NCBI GenBank assembly: GCA_046497275.1
Contig: JAWOFX010000019.1
Span: forward strand, 30,001 to 62,000
Direction of reading: 5' to 3'
Origin: Promethearchaeia archaeon
GTDB taxonomy: Archaea; Asgardarchaeota; Lokiarchaeia; Sigyniarchaeales; SOKP01
DNA length: 32,000 bases
The notes beneath the pieces are model-generated. The model worked only from the letters and a program-made list of their open reading frames with translations, did not search any database and was not told the origin of the DNA. Position numbers and translations under genes: made by a program. Shown here piece by piece: positions 17,262-26,170 of the stretch; the stretch's first letter is position 1; the number at the start of each line of letters is the position of its first letter.

Positions 17262-18652
17262 TTCTATATAATGCGAAAATCTATAATAACAGTCTTTTAA
17301 GAGAGGGTGCAATTCATATTGAAAATGAAATTATTAAAAGTATTCATTTTGATATTTCTGAAAAGCAAATGGAATATCTAATATCTGAGAACGATGATGG
17401 CAAGGAAATTGATTGTCAAAACAAAATAATTTTACCTGGAATCATTGACATTCATGCTCATCTAAGGGATTTAAATCAAAGCTATAAAGAAACATTTTCC
17501 ACAGGAACAAAAGCAGCGGCTATTTCAGGAATTACAACTATATTTGATATGCCTAATACCGATCCTCCTGCGAATACATTTGAAACAGTAAAAGAGTGGA
17601 TGGATAAAGCTAAACAAAATATACACGTAGATGTGGGGTTTATTTCTGGACTACCGAATAGATTAAATGAAGAGGAAATAAAAAAGATTGTAGATTTGGG
17701 AGTGATTGGCTTTAAAATATATCCTCATGATCCTTTAACTGATTTAGATTGGAAAATTTCAGGAAATTTTAGATTACTTTTAAACCTTTCCTCTCGATAC
17801 CAAATTCCTATTTTTATCCATCCAGAATGGCCCCTTTCAAAGGAAGAAAAGGAAGAAATTTTTGAGGATTATATTTTCAGAAAATCTAACCTATTAAAAA
17901 TCCATGATGAGTTAAACCCTTGTAAATCAGAAACTCGTTTTGTAAAATTTGCTATAGAGAATTATCAAGATTTCATAGAAATAAATCATTTAGAACAAAA
18001 AGAATATCCTATAATTCATTTTTGTCATATTAGTTGTAAAGAAAGTTATTCTTTAATTAAATTGGCTTTGAAAGAAAATTCACATCCTCATATTAGTTAC
18101 GAGGTAACCCCACATCATTTATTATTATCAAATGATATTGTTTTAAGTAACCCTGCAATTGCTAAAGTCCTGCCCCCTCTCAGAGATAAAACCCATCCAG
18201 ATTTTCTATTTAAAGAATTTATCTCAGGAAATCTAATACTTATAGGAACTGACCATGCTCCTCATAGTTTAGACGAAAAATCGAGAGAATTTTTTGATGC
18301 TCCCTCGGGATTTCCGAGTTTAGAAACATATCCACTAGTTATTCTTCATAAAGTAAATAAATTTCAAGTATCATTAGAGAATTTTATAAAAGTTGCCTGC
18401 GAAGGCCCCGCAAACATTTTTAATTTAAAGGGTAAAGGATATATTAGAGAAGGATATGATGCAGACCTTCTAATAGTTGATAAAACTTCAGAATATCAAA
18501 TAAATCCGAAAAAGTTTAAATCCAAAGCAAAAATATCTCCATTTGAAAATTATACAACTAACATTCAAATATGGAAAGTTTTTCTTAGAGGAAAAGAAAT
18601 AAAACAAAATAAAAAGCCTTTTGGAAAGATAATTAAAAGAGAAAAATTATAG
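17258..18652 (+). CDS. pyrC: Dihydroorotase (type I cyclic amidohydrolase)
   Basis: DIHAHLRD, MPNT, GFKIY (carbamylated Lys), FIHPE, HFCHIS, EVTPHHL, PPLR, GTDHAPH. ATGA overlap with the upstream gene. Confidence 0.85.
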   Translation: MILYNAKIYNNSLLREGAIHIENEIIKSIHFDISEKQMEYLISENDDGKEIDCQNKIILPGIIDIHAHLRDLNQSYKETFSTGTKAAAISGITTIFDMPNTDPPANTFETVKEWMDKAKQNIHVDVGFISGLPNRLNEEEIKKIVDLGVIGFKIYPHDPLTDLDWKISGNFRLLLNLSSRYQIPIFIHPEWPLSKEEKEEIFEDYIFRKSNLLKIHDELNPCKSETRFVKFAIENYQDFIEINHLEQKEYPIIHFCHISCKESYSLIKLALKENSHPHISYEVTPHHLLLSNDIVLSNPAIAKVLPPLRDKTHPDFLFKEFISGNLILIGTDHAPHSLDEKSREFFDAPSGFPSLETYPLVILHKVNKFQVSLENFIKVACEGPANIFNLKGKGYIREGYDADLLIVDKTSEYQINPKKFKSKAKISPFENYTTNIQIWKVFLRGKEIKQNKKPFGKIIKREKL

Positions 18653-18703
18653 ACTATTACCCAAATAATTATTAAAAAAAAAATAATAAATTTTATACGA
18701 AAC

Positions 18704-19336
18704 ATGTCTGAGGAAATGAATATTACTACTGAAGATGGAAAAAAATTAGTTAAATTTGTAAGGAAAAACATCGAAAATTACTTAGAGACGGGAAAACGAA
18801 TTCCAATTCCAGATGAGTTAAAAAAAAAATTTAATACAAAATGTGGAGCATTCGTTACTCTAAATAAACATAATGTTAGTGGAAATCCATTACGTGGATG
18901 TATTGGATATATAGAGCCAGAATATGACTTATGTGAAGTATTACATAGGGTATCTATCAATTCGGCTTGTGAAGATCCACGTTTTCCTTCAGTAAGTATA
19001 GAAGAGATGGATAATATTGTAATTGAAATTTCAATTTTAACCCCTCCTGATTCGATTCAAGTTGAGAATCCTGAGGATATAATTAAAAATATTGAAGTTG
19101 GAAAAGATGGATTAATTATTGAGAAGGGTATGAGAAGAGGATTATTATTACCCCAAGTTCCAGTCGAACATGGAAGGGATTGGGATGCAAAAACGTTTCT
19201 TGAGCAGACCTGCCAGAAAGCATGGCTGTCTGCTGACTGTTGGAAAGAAGAATCGACCAAGATTTTTAAATTTCAAGCAATACTCTTCGAAGAAACAGAA
19301 CCAAGAGGGGAAATAGTTAGAAAAGCTATACATTAA
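18704..19336 (+). CDS. AMMECR1-domain protein
   Basis: GAFVTL, LRGCIGY, DPRFPSV, EISILT, GLLLPQV, KAWL and F-x-A-x-x-F-x-E. Confidence 0.92.
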   Translation: MSEEMNITTEDGKKLVKFVRKNIENYLETGKRIPIPDELKKKFNTKCGAFVTLNKHNVSGNPLRGCIGYIEPEYDLCEVLHRVSINSACEDPRFPSVSIEEMDNIVIEISILTPPDSIQVENPEDIIKNIEVGKDGLIIEKGMRRGLLLPQVPVEHGRDWDAKTFLEQTCQKAWLSADCWKEESTKIFKFQAILFEETEPRGEIVRKAIH

Positions 19337-19544
19337 TAATTTATTTCCATAAATAGTAATATAAAACTAAATCTTATTGGATTGATATAATTGATTATAT
19401 TTCCAAACAGATAGGTAATTTCACATAATAGTATCCAGAAATCTATTTATATTTAGATTAATTGATACATCATTAATCTTCAAAAAGCTATAAATAATAA
19501 CATATCAATATTCTTTACTATAATCTAAAAAAAATGAGAAAATA

Positions 19545-22337
19545 ATGTCAAAACTGAAAAACAAATCCTCTTTATTATTCACTATATGTACTATCACATT
19601 GATTTTAACCGGGGGAATGCTTTTCTTTTTGTTTCTTACTCCAACTGTAGGACAAACAAATGAACCAAAAGAAGTTTTAGTATTAAGTGGCGGGAAAGAT
19701 CAATCATTTATTCAGAGTTTAAAAATTGATTCAAGTAATTTTAATGTTGAGGTTAATAGGACATATGGGGTTAATCCACTTAATTTAAGTGGATATGACT
19801 TGGTTATAATTTTTGATGCGAATCTGTCATCTCAGCAAATATCCGGTCTTGTCACTTATGTGGAATCTGGAGGAAGTTCAATTATTTTTATGGGACCAAA
19901 ACTACACGCTAATGCAACCCTTTTAAAAAACATGGATCTAATAAATAATGCCAATGATTTGACTCTGAATAGAGAATCAATGCTTTCTTTGGTAAAAAAC
20001 GCAAGTACTCCAATTGGCAGTAAAATAGCATGGAATTCAGCTCCAGATTTGAAACCGAATAATATGACTTATATACCTTTAACAAATATGAACATTTCGA
20101 TGAATAGGATCGTTGATGTCTATAACACTTCTCTTAGTTTAAATAGAGAATCAAATAGGATTCCCTTTATTGCTGAAAAAGAGAAATCTAATGGGTCTAT
20201 TATGTTATTTACAGGTTGGCTTCAGAGAGATCCAAGTAACACTGAAAAGAGTGCAAATATTGAATTCTCTATTTGGCCTTATTTCAATTATCTCCTCTAT
20301 GGAATGGCACAACAGACATTAGATCAAGAAGTTGATACTTATGCTGTTTGGGCTTATTCACCCGTACCACATATTACAGAGCAATTTATTTTACTTCTTA
20401 TAGTTGTTGTCTTAGGATGTTTAGCTATTGCGTTATTTGTTACTGTGAAGAGAAAAAGTGGTGGAAGAATGGATCAGGCAACTATCGAAGCACTTAAAAA
20501 ACGTGCGGAGGAAGAACTTGAGGAAGAAATTACTGAACGAGCGGAACTTGAAAGAAAGATTGAAGAGCGAGGCAGAGAAGATCTAAAAGACGATTGGGAA
20601 ATTATTGGTATACATCGGCAATTAGGTGGCTTTTTGTTCACATTTTTTATAGGTTTAATCCTTGTTATTCCGCAACTTCTTTTAACATCTTATATCTTAC
20701 CCCTGTTGCTTGATTATACCTATGCTCAAGCAAGTGGATGGTATAATTATGCTTATAATCTATTTCAGATAGCATGGCTTCTTTTTGATTTCGGAACTTC
20801 CTATGCTCTTGCGAAATACTTCTCAGAATATAGAGTACATAATCCAGAGAAAGCTATACATTACATTCAAATTTTTGTATGGTGGCAGCTTTTTACTGGA
20901 TTAGTTCAAATTAGTATTTTTGCATTTTTAGGTTCCATAGTGTTTCCATTGACTAATCTGGCTCACATGACTTGGATTTTTGTAATGTTTTCTCTTGTTC
21001 AATATCCAGGGTTCTTTTTGGTGTTTATGTATACTTTTCAAGGACTACAGAGAGCAGATTTACATTTACTTACCTATGTCTCGTGGGAAATCTTTTGGTT
21101 ATTAATAGGTCAAGCAATATTCTGCTATTTAGGAAGATTATGGGGCGCAGCAAATCCAATTTTTGGTGAAGCATTAGGTGCTGGGGTGGGGTATGCCCTC
21201 GCACGCTATTTTGATTATTGGATGACCTTTTTCTTTAGTTTGTATCTTTTCAAGAAACAAGGATATTCCCCAAATACATGTTTTAGAGTCGATTTTACAA
21301 AAGATGAATTCAAAGAAACAATGTCTTATGGTTCAAGGCTGGCTTTCGGTGAATCTTTCGTCCAAATTGGATGGTTTATACAAATTCTTTTAACTTCCGC
21401 ATATATAGCAAATTATTCTCAAGAATTAGGATATTATCAACTCGCGTGGACTGTTGGGATGATGATTCAAATTATCACTCTTTACGGACAATCTTTATTA
21501 GGAGGGTATAGTGAAGCATATTCGCATGAAAAAGAAAACTTGACAAAATTGTATATATATGAAGGTTTTCGCTGGGGCAACTATTTTGGTTATTTCTTAA
21601 TATCTGTACTTTTTGCTGTAGGAAATCTTTTCCTAGTCGGTGCTGCTGGACCTGATATCGGAGGACCTGCTTCAAAGTATTTACCGCTTATTCTAGTATT
21701 CCATGGCTTCGGAATCTATTCTTGGTTAGTCGACGCAGTTTTCCAAGGTACTGGAAGGACTGGTTATGCTGCCGCAGTTTGGATTTTGGAACAAGCAATT
21801 AGAGCTCTATTTATGTGGGTTTTAGTCACTATTTTCTATGATATGAGAATGGTAATCATTGCTTATTGGCCAGCTGTTTTAACTAAGGATATAGTAGCAT
21901 GGATTATCGTAAGATCTAAAATTTCAGATTTCAAGCTCTATCCATTCAAAACTTTCATAACCCCCTTTATCGCTGCGGTAATAAACTTCTTCGTCCTTGG
22001 ATTTTTTGGAAATCTGGTGTTTAATTTAGAATTGGGAGATAAAATCATTAATACAGCATTAATATTTTTAGTGGGTGTCTTTATTTTTATATTCTTCTAT
22101 GCCTTTATAGAGGGTCTTTTGGGAGGATATGATGATAATACCCTCAAAGAATTCGAAAAAGCGTCTACTATGGTCAAAACCCCTTTAATTAGACATTTTG
22201 CCAGAGGAATCTATAAATCTGCCGAATTAGGTGCCAGAATAAGTCCTTTACATAATAAATTTCCAATCGATATATATGAGAGCGGAATGGAAGAGGCATT
22301 CGAACTAACCCTTGAAAAAAGACGATTAAAAATCTAA
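19545..22337 (+). CDS. Large membrane protein: N-terminal anchor, extracellular class-I-GATase-like domain, TM, acidic coil, then Wzx/MurJ (MOP superfamily) flippase-like domain
   Basis: Hydrophobic N-terminus; YDLVII...LVTYVESGGSSIIFMGP flavodoxin-like motif; 9 N-x-S/T sequons; about 12-14 C-terminal TM segments containing FDFGTSYALAKYFSE and a second repeat YSEAYSHEK. Confidence 0.7.
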   Translation: MSKLKNKSSLLFTICTITLILTGGMLFFLFLTPTVGQTNEPKEVLVLSGGKDQSFIQSLKIDSSNFNVEVNRTYGVNPLNLSGYDLVIIFDANLSSQQISGLVTYVESGGSSIIFMGPKLHANATLLKNMDLINNANDLTLNRESMLSLVKNASTPIGSKIAWNSAPDLKPNNMTYIPLTNMNISMNRIVDVYNTSLSLNRESNRIPFIAEKEKSNGSIMLFTGWLQRDPSNTEKSANIEFSIWPYFNYLLYGMAQQTLDQEVDTYAVWAYSPVPHITEQFILLLIVVVLGCLAIALFVTVKRKSGGRMDQATIEALKKRAEEELEEEITERAELERKIEERGREDLKDDWEIIGIHRQLGGFLFTFFIGLILVIPQLLLTSYILPLLLDYTYAQASGWYNYAYNLFQIAWLLFDFGTSYALAKYFSEYRVHNPEKAIHYIQIFVWWQLFTGLVQISIFAFLGSIVFPLTNLAHMTWIFVMFSLVQYPGFFLVFMYTFQGLQRADLHLLTYVSWEIFWLLIGQAIFCYLGRLWGAANPIFGEALGAGVGYALARYFDYWMTFFFSLYLFKKQGYSPNTCFRVDFTKDEFKETMSYGSRLAFGESFVQIGWFIQILLTSAYIANYSQELGYYQLAWTVGMMIQIITLYGQSLLGGYSEAYSHEKENLTKLYIYEGFRWGNYFGYFLISVLFAVGNLFLVGAAGPDIGGPASKYLPLILVFHGFGIYSWLVDAVFQGTGRTGYAAAVWILEQAIRALFMWVLVTIFYDMRMVIIAYWPAVLTKDIVAWIIVRSKISDFKLYPFKTFITPFIAAVINFFVLGFFGNLVFNLELGDKIINTALIFLVGVFIFIFFYAFIEGLLGGYDDNTLKEFEKASTMVKTPLIRHFARGIYKSAELGARISPLHNKFPIDIYESGMEEAFELTLEKRRLKI

Positions 22338-22344
22338 ATTATAC

Positions 22345-22361
22345 TTTTTTTTATTTTATTT
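22345..22361 (+). terminator. Oligo-T archaeal terminator after the flippase-like gene
   Basis: T8-ATTTTATTT, 8 nt after the stop codon. Confidence 0.45.
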
Positions 22362-22580
22362 AATCTAATAGACTTTCCTTAGTTTAATTAAGTTAAAAAA
22401 AGTAATCTTATTATAATTTTTATTATTTCTACCATAGATTAATATAATTTATAAGAAATAAGATTTTATATAGGAATTGGGGCTACTATTTTAGCATTGA
22501 TTAGTGCTGTCGATATGGATTAAAATTATGCTAAAAAATCTTCAAATATTTCTTTTTGTTAAAAAAATAGATAAAAATTA

Positions 22581-22934
22581 TTATTTATAAATTATACAAC
22601 TCATTAATGTAAAATTCCAAGGCGCCTGTGCACCATCATAGATTAAACAGTGAACATCTTCAGAACCTTCAATATCAGTATGTTTCTTAAACACTTGTAG
22701 TGCTAATTCTCCAATCATATCAGTATTTTCCACAACCTTTTCGAAATCTTTCTTGATACCGCCCCAAAATATTTTTTTCTCATCGATGATCTCTTTTAAT
22801 TGAACTAATTCCAGAAGATCTTCTCTTACTAAATTTTCTGTTACGCTGGAAAAATAATCACTAAATTTTTTTGAAACTTCTTCTGGAGTACCTTCATCCA
22901 TATTAAACAGAAACACAATCCCTATTGGATCCAT
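22581..22934 (-). CDS. Hypothetical acidic protein (117 aa)
   Basis: Clean ATG ORF with protein-like composition, isolated between AT-rich spacers. Confidence 0.7.
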   Translation of the reverse strand: MDPIGIVFLFNMDEGTPEEVSKKFSDYFSSVTENLVREDLLELVQLKEIIDEKKIFWGGIKKDFEKVVENTDMIGELALQVFKKHTDIEGSEDVHCLIYDGAQAPWNFTLMSCIIYK

Positions 22935-23165
22935 AATTAAACTCTCTCTATAAAAAAATTAATTTTTATTTAAAATGATTAAAAAAATTCAACTTTTTCT
23001 CATAAATCTTGTTTATCTTCATAACACATTCGATTTATTTAAAGTTTTTATTTATGTAAATTAAAATTAATAGTAAGATATTCTTAAAAATTAAAATTTA
23101 GATTTAGATAAAATATTTATTTCAAAACACTCACAAATTAGAGTTATTAATTTGAGGTAATATCG

Positions 23166-24008
23166 ATGAATTATGAATATAGTCATATTAAAGTTGAATT
23201 TCCTAAGAGTGAAGGAGGAAATATTGAAGAAAATTACGCCGTTATTTCCTTAAATCGTCCAGATAAATTAAATGCAATTACTCTAATAACTTTAAGGGAA
23301 ATTGTAAATGCTTTAGAATCAATGGAATTAAATTCGAATATAAGATGCGTCGTCTTAAGAGGGACTAAAAATTATACTAAAAAACCTTCATTTTCCACTG
23401 GAGCTGATCTGAGTAATCCTTTTGAACCTGGGATAAAACCAAATATTCCCATCCATATGACCTATGCAATTACCTTATTACATACTTGTTTCGATCTAAT
23501 CGAAAAATTTCCCAAACCTTTAATATGTGCTGTTGATGGGTTTGCCTTAGGAGGAGGATGTGAGCTTTCTTTAGTTTGTGATATAATTATCGCAAGTAAG
23601 AGGTCAACTTTTGGGTTTGCAGAAATTTTAAGAGGTATCTTTCCCTCTGGGGGAGGAACACAGAGAATAGTGAGAAATCTCGGTTTCGCAAGGAGTCTAG
23701 AGATGTTATATTTTGGAAAAAGATATTCTGCAGAAGAGATGTTTAAATGGGGATATGTGAGTTTTATTGCTGAGGATGGCGAGGAGTTTGAAAATTTAGT
23801 CCATGAAAAAGCAAAAGAATTAGGAAATTCTACTACTACCTCATTGAGTATTATTAAAAAATGCTTGAGATTTGGAACCCAAGTACCTATATCTATTGGT
23901 TTACAATTTGAACAACTTGGATTTGGTGTTAACTCAGCTGCCTCAGATGTACAAGAAGGTATCAAAGCTTTTTTAAGAAAGAAAAATCCAAAATATGAAG
24001 GATATTGA
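23166..24008 (+). CDS. Enoyl-CoA hydratase/isomerase (crotonase superfamily)
   Basis: LNRPDKLNA, FSTGADL (oxyanion hole 1), ALGGGCELSLVCD (catalytic Glu 1), FGFAEILRGIFPSGGGTQR (Glu 2), EGIKAFLRKK-x-P; SD GAGGT upstream. Confidence 0.92.
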   Translation: MNYEYSHIKVEFPKSEGGNIEENYAVISLNRPDKLNAITLITLREIVNALESMELNSNIRCVVLRGTKNYTKKPSFSTGADLSNPFEPGIKPNIPIHMTYAITLLHTCFDLIEKFPKPLICAVDGFALGGGCELSLVCDIIIASKRSTFGFAEILRGIFPSGGGTQRIVRNLGFARSLEMLYFGKRYSAEEMFKWGYVSFIAEDGEEFENLVHEKAKELGNSTTTSLSIIKKCLRFGTQVPISIGLQFEQLGFGVNSAASDVQEGIKAFLRKKNPKYEGY

Positions 24009-24077
24009 AATCTGAAGAAATTGTCCCATTAAAAAGAATATTTATTTAATAATATTAAGATCAAATAGGTTTGAAGT

Positions 24078-24878
24078 TTAATACCAATCCCATTTTATAT
24101 ATGAATACGGTAGAAACTTTTCAGCCTCCACTTCAGCAACAATTTCCCCTGGAAACATTTCATTTTCTGACTGTAAATACATTCCTCCAAGTATTTTAAC
24201 TATTTCAATTTCCCCCCAAGGATCATGAATAGTAGACTTCAGATTTATTGTTGCCTCACCCATTTGCATAGCTTTAATTTTCGAAGTTGTTTTTTGTTTT
24301 ACTAACCAAGGATTATAATCAAATCCCTCTTTAGTCGGATGTATAAAATGTTTGAAGAGATAATTTGTTGTTCCCTTTCCTCGTTTCGGGATCATTTGAA
24401 TTTCAGATACAATCTTCGGAGTTTCTTCGTCATTGAATTTACCAGTCAGCTTTAATTCTATTTCAATATTTTTCACACCTAATCGTTCAGAATATCCATA
24501 GATTTCATTATTTTTTTTTTTGAAATGAACGTTTGCTATTTTTTTAGGAAAGCCCCAAATTTCACGACCTGCAAATGTTGCTCTATCATCGGTAAGGGGC
24601 ATAGCAAGAAAATAATTGCCCAACTCGCCTTTAAATTGACATCTTAGAATAAGTGCAGCTTCTGTGTAAGGTAATCCATAGGAATGTGAAGGATAATTAG
24701 CAACAAAAGCTAATGCTATTGGACGATCAATTGGTTCCAAAGGAGGTGGAAGCACTCGATTAATAATTTCTTGTTTTGTTTCCCATAATACCCATATCAT
24801 CTCTGCACCTTTAAATAAACTCGTTCTCATCTCTTCCTTTTTCTTTTTGATATCCTCTAGTGATCTTCTAAAACTCAT
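24078..24878 (-). CDS. Acetoacetate decarboxylase-like (ADC superfamily) protein
   Basis: LPPPLEP, PYTEAAL, GREIWGFPKK containing the Schiff-base Lys, LKSTIHDPW. Confidence 0.85.
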   Translation of the reverse strand: MSFRRSLEDIKKKKEEMRTSLFKGAEMIWVLWETKQEIINRVLPPPLEPIDRPIALAFVANYPSHSYGLPYTEAALILRCQFKGELGNYFLAMPLTDDRATFAGREIWGFPKKIANVHFKKKNNEIYGYSERLGVKNIEIELKLTGKFNDEETPKIVSEIQMIPKRGKGTTNYLFKHFIHPTKEGFDYNPWLVKQKTTSKIKAMQMGEATINLKSTIHDPWGEIEIVKILGGMYLQSENEMFPGEIVAEVEAEKFLPYSYIKWDWY

Positions 24879-24957
24879 TTTTTATCATCTTATTTTATTT
24901 ATAATTTACATTTAACTTTCTTTTATTAATAATTTGCATTTTAATAGCATTTCTCCT

Positions 24958-26160
24958 TTAAAGTGCTTGGTTTATCAACTCTAATAAATCTATCATTTTT
25001 AAATTAGAATTTAAATCCTTAATAGCGTCGTTAAGGTTCCTAAAACAAAAAGGACAAATGCTTACCAAATAATCAGCACCTGTTCCCTCTGCTTCTCGTA
25101 TTCTAGACTTTGCTATTTCCATAGATAATTCTGGGAATCCTTTCTTTACTCCTCCTCCTGCTCCGCAACATTTAGCATTATTCTTAATGTTTTTCATTTC
25201 TATTAATGTAGCTATATTTTTTAATATTTCTCGAGGTTCCTCATACAAGCCAATATGCCTTCCTGTATGACATGGATCGTGATAAGTTGTCTTAATACCA
25301 AGATCTTCCAATTTTATATTTTTCTCCTCGATTACCTTTTTAATCAATTCAATACTATGTAAGACCTCAATTCCTAACTCATCCATATAATCAGCATAAT
25401 CTACTTTTAAGGTTCTATAGCAACCAGCACAACTAGTAATTATTATTTTTGCTCCAGCTTTTTTAAATAATTCAAAATTTTTATTTGCTACCATATTAAA
25501 TGCATTTCTATCTCCCGTACGCATGGCAACACTTCCACAACATACTTCATTTTCTCCTAAAACTGCAAAATCTACGCCTAACTTGTTTAAAACTTTCGCT
25601 GTATTTATTGCTACGGTCTTGATTTCTTCAGTCAAAGCAGCAGTACATCCGACATAATATAGAATCTTACACTTTTCCTTAGTTGCGTCCTTTATTTCAA
25701 AATTTAGGTGGTTTAACCATTCGGCTTTTTGGGCATTATTTCTGTTATATGGGTTTAATAATTCAACCATTGCTTTATTCATTTGCATGTGCCCTTCTAA
25801 TGCGCATTTAGCATCTACTAATTCAGCGCGTAATGCTTCATAAAGTGAGGAATTATCCATATCATAGGAACAGACATCAGCACAAGCATTACAAGTAGTA
25901 CATTGATATATTACTTCTGCCATATCTTTACTTAAATCTAATTTTCCTTGCCAAAGAGAACGAATAATCTGCATTTTTCCTCTACTAAAAAAAGGCTCAA
26001 ATCCAGGAGCTTGTTCCCATACCACACATACCCCATCCTTTTTAGGTTCTGCTGTATAATCAATCGCTTCTCTACAATCACCACAGCTAATGCAGGTTAT
26101 AACAATATCTTCTAATTTTGCTAAATGCTTATATTTTTCTTTTGAATTAATCTCACTCAT
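24958..26160 (-). CDS. Fe-S-binding CCG-domain oxidoreductase subunit (GlcF/GlpC/HdrD-like)
   Basis: CISCGDC...C and CTTCNACADVC ferredoxin motifs; two CCG domains (CCGS, SCAGC, YHDPCH, CCGAGGG, CPFC). Start set at ATG 26160 because SD GAGGT (26172..26168) overlaps the upstream TGA. Confidence 0.9.
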   Translation of the reverse strand: MSEINSKEKYKHLAKLEDIVITCISCGDCREAIDYTAEPKKDGVCVVWEQAPGFEPFFSRGKMQIIRSLWQGKLDLSKDMAEVIYQCTTCNACADVCSYDMDNSSLYEALRAELVDAKCALEGHMQMNKAMVELLNPYNRNNAQKAEWLNHLNFEIKDATKEKCKILYYVGCTAALTEEIKTVAINTAKVLNKLGVDFAVLGENEVCCGSVAMRTGDRNAFNMVANKNFELFKKAGAKIIITSCAGCYRTLKVDYADYMDELGIEVLHSIELIKKVIEEKNIKLEDLGIKTTYHDPCHTGRHIGLYEEPREILKNIATLIEMKNIKNNAKCCGAGGGVKKGFPELSMEIAKSRIREAEGTGADYLVSICPFCFRNLNDAIKDLNSNLKMIDLLELINQAL

Positions 26161-26170
26161 TTTTTTTACC

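Noticed and set aside
18650-18706. The pyrC TAG stop is in frame with the AMMECR1 ATG with 17 stop-free codons between them (possible pyrrolysine or readthrough fusion).
   Set aside because: The linker is low-complexity A/T sequence (TITQIIIKKKIINFIRN), both proteins are complete alone, TAG ends other genes here (FGGY kinase, herA, 30268 gene, longin), and no pyl genes are in the window. Chance is a sufficient explanation.
22455-22523. Short hydrophobic reading EIRFYIGIGATILALISAVDMD in the spacer after the flippase gene.
   Set aside because: Preceded directly by an in-frame TAA with no usable start; at most a gene remnant, not supportable as a feature.
23998-24008. TGA stops (crotonase, nob1, trmY-like, FAD gene) as possible selenocysteine codons.
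   Set aside because: Each falls at the natural C-terminus, none aligns to a catalytic Cys, and I see no SECIS-like hairpin.
24511-24521. T11 homopolymer in the ADC-like gene (also A9-A10 runs in herA and AMMECR1) as a phase-variation site.
   Set aside because: Frames are intact (encodes KKKN), and such runs are expected in Lys-rich genes of an AT-rich genome.
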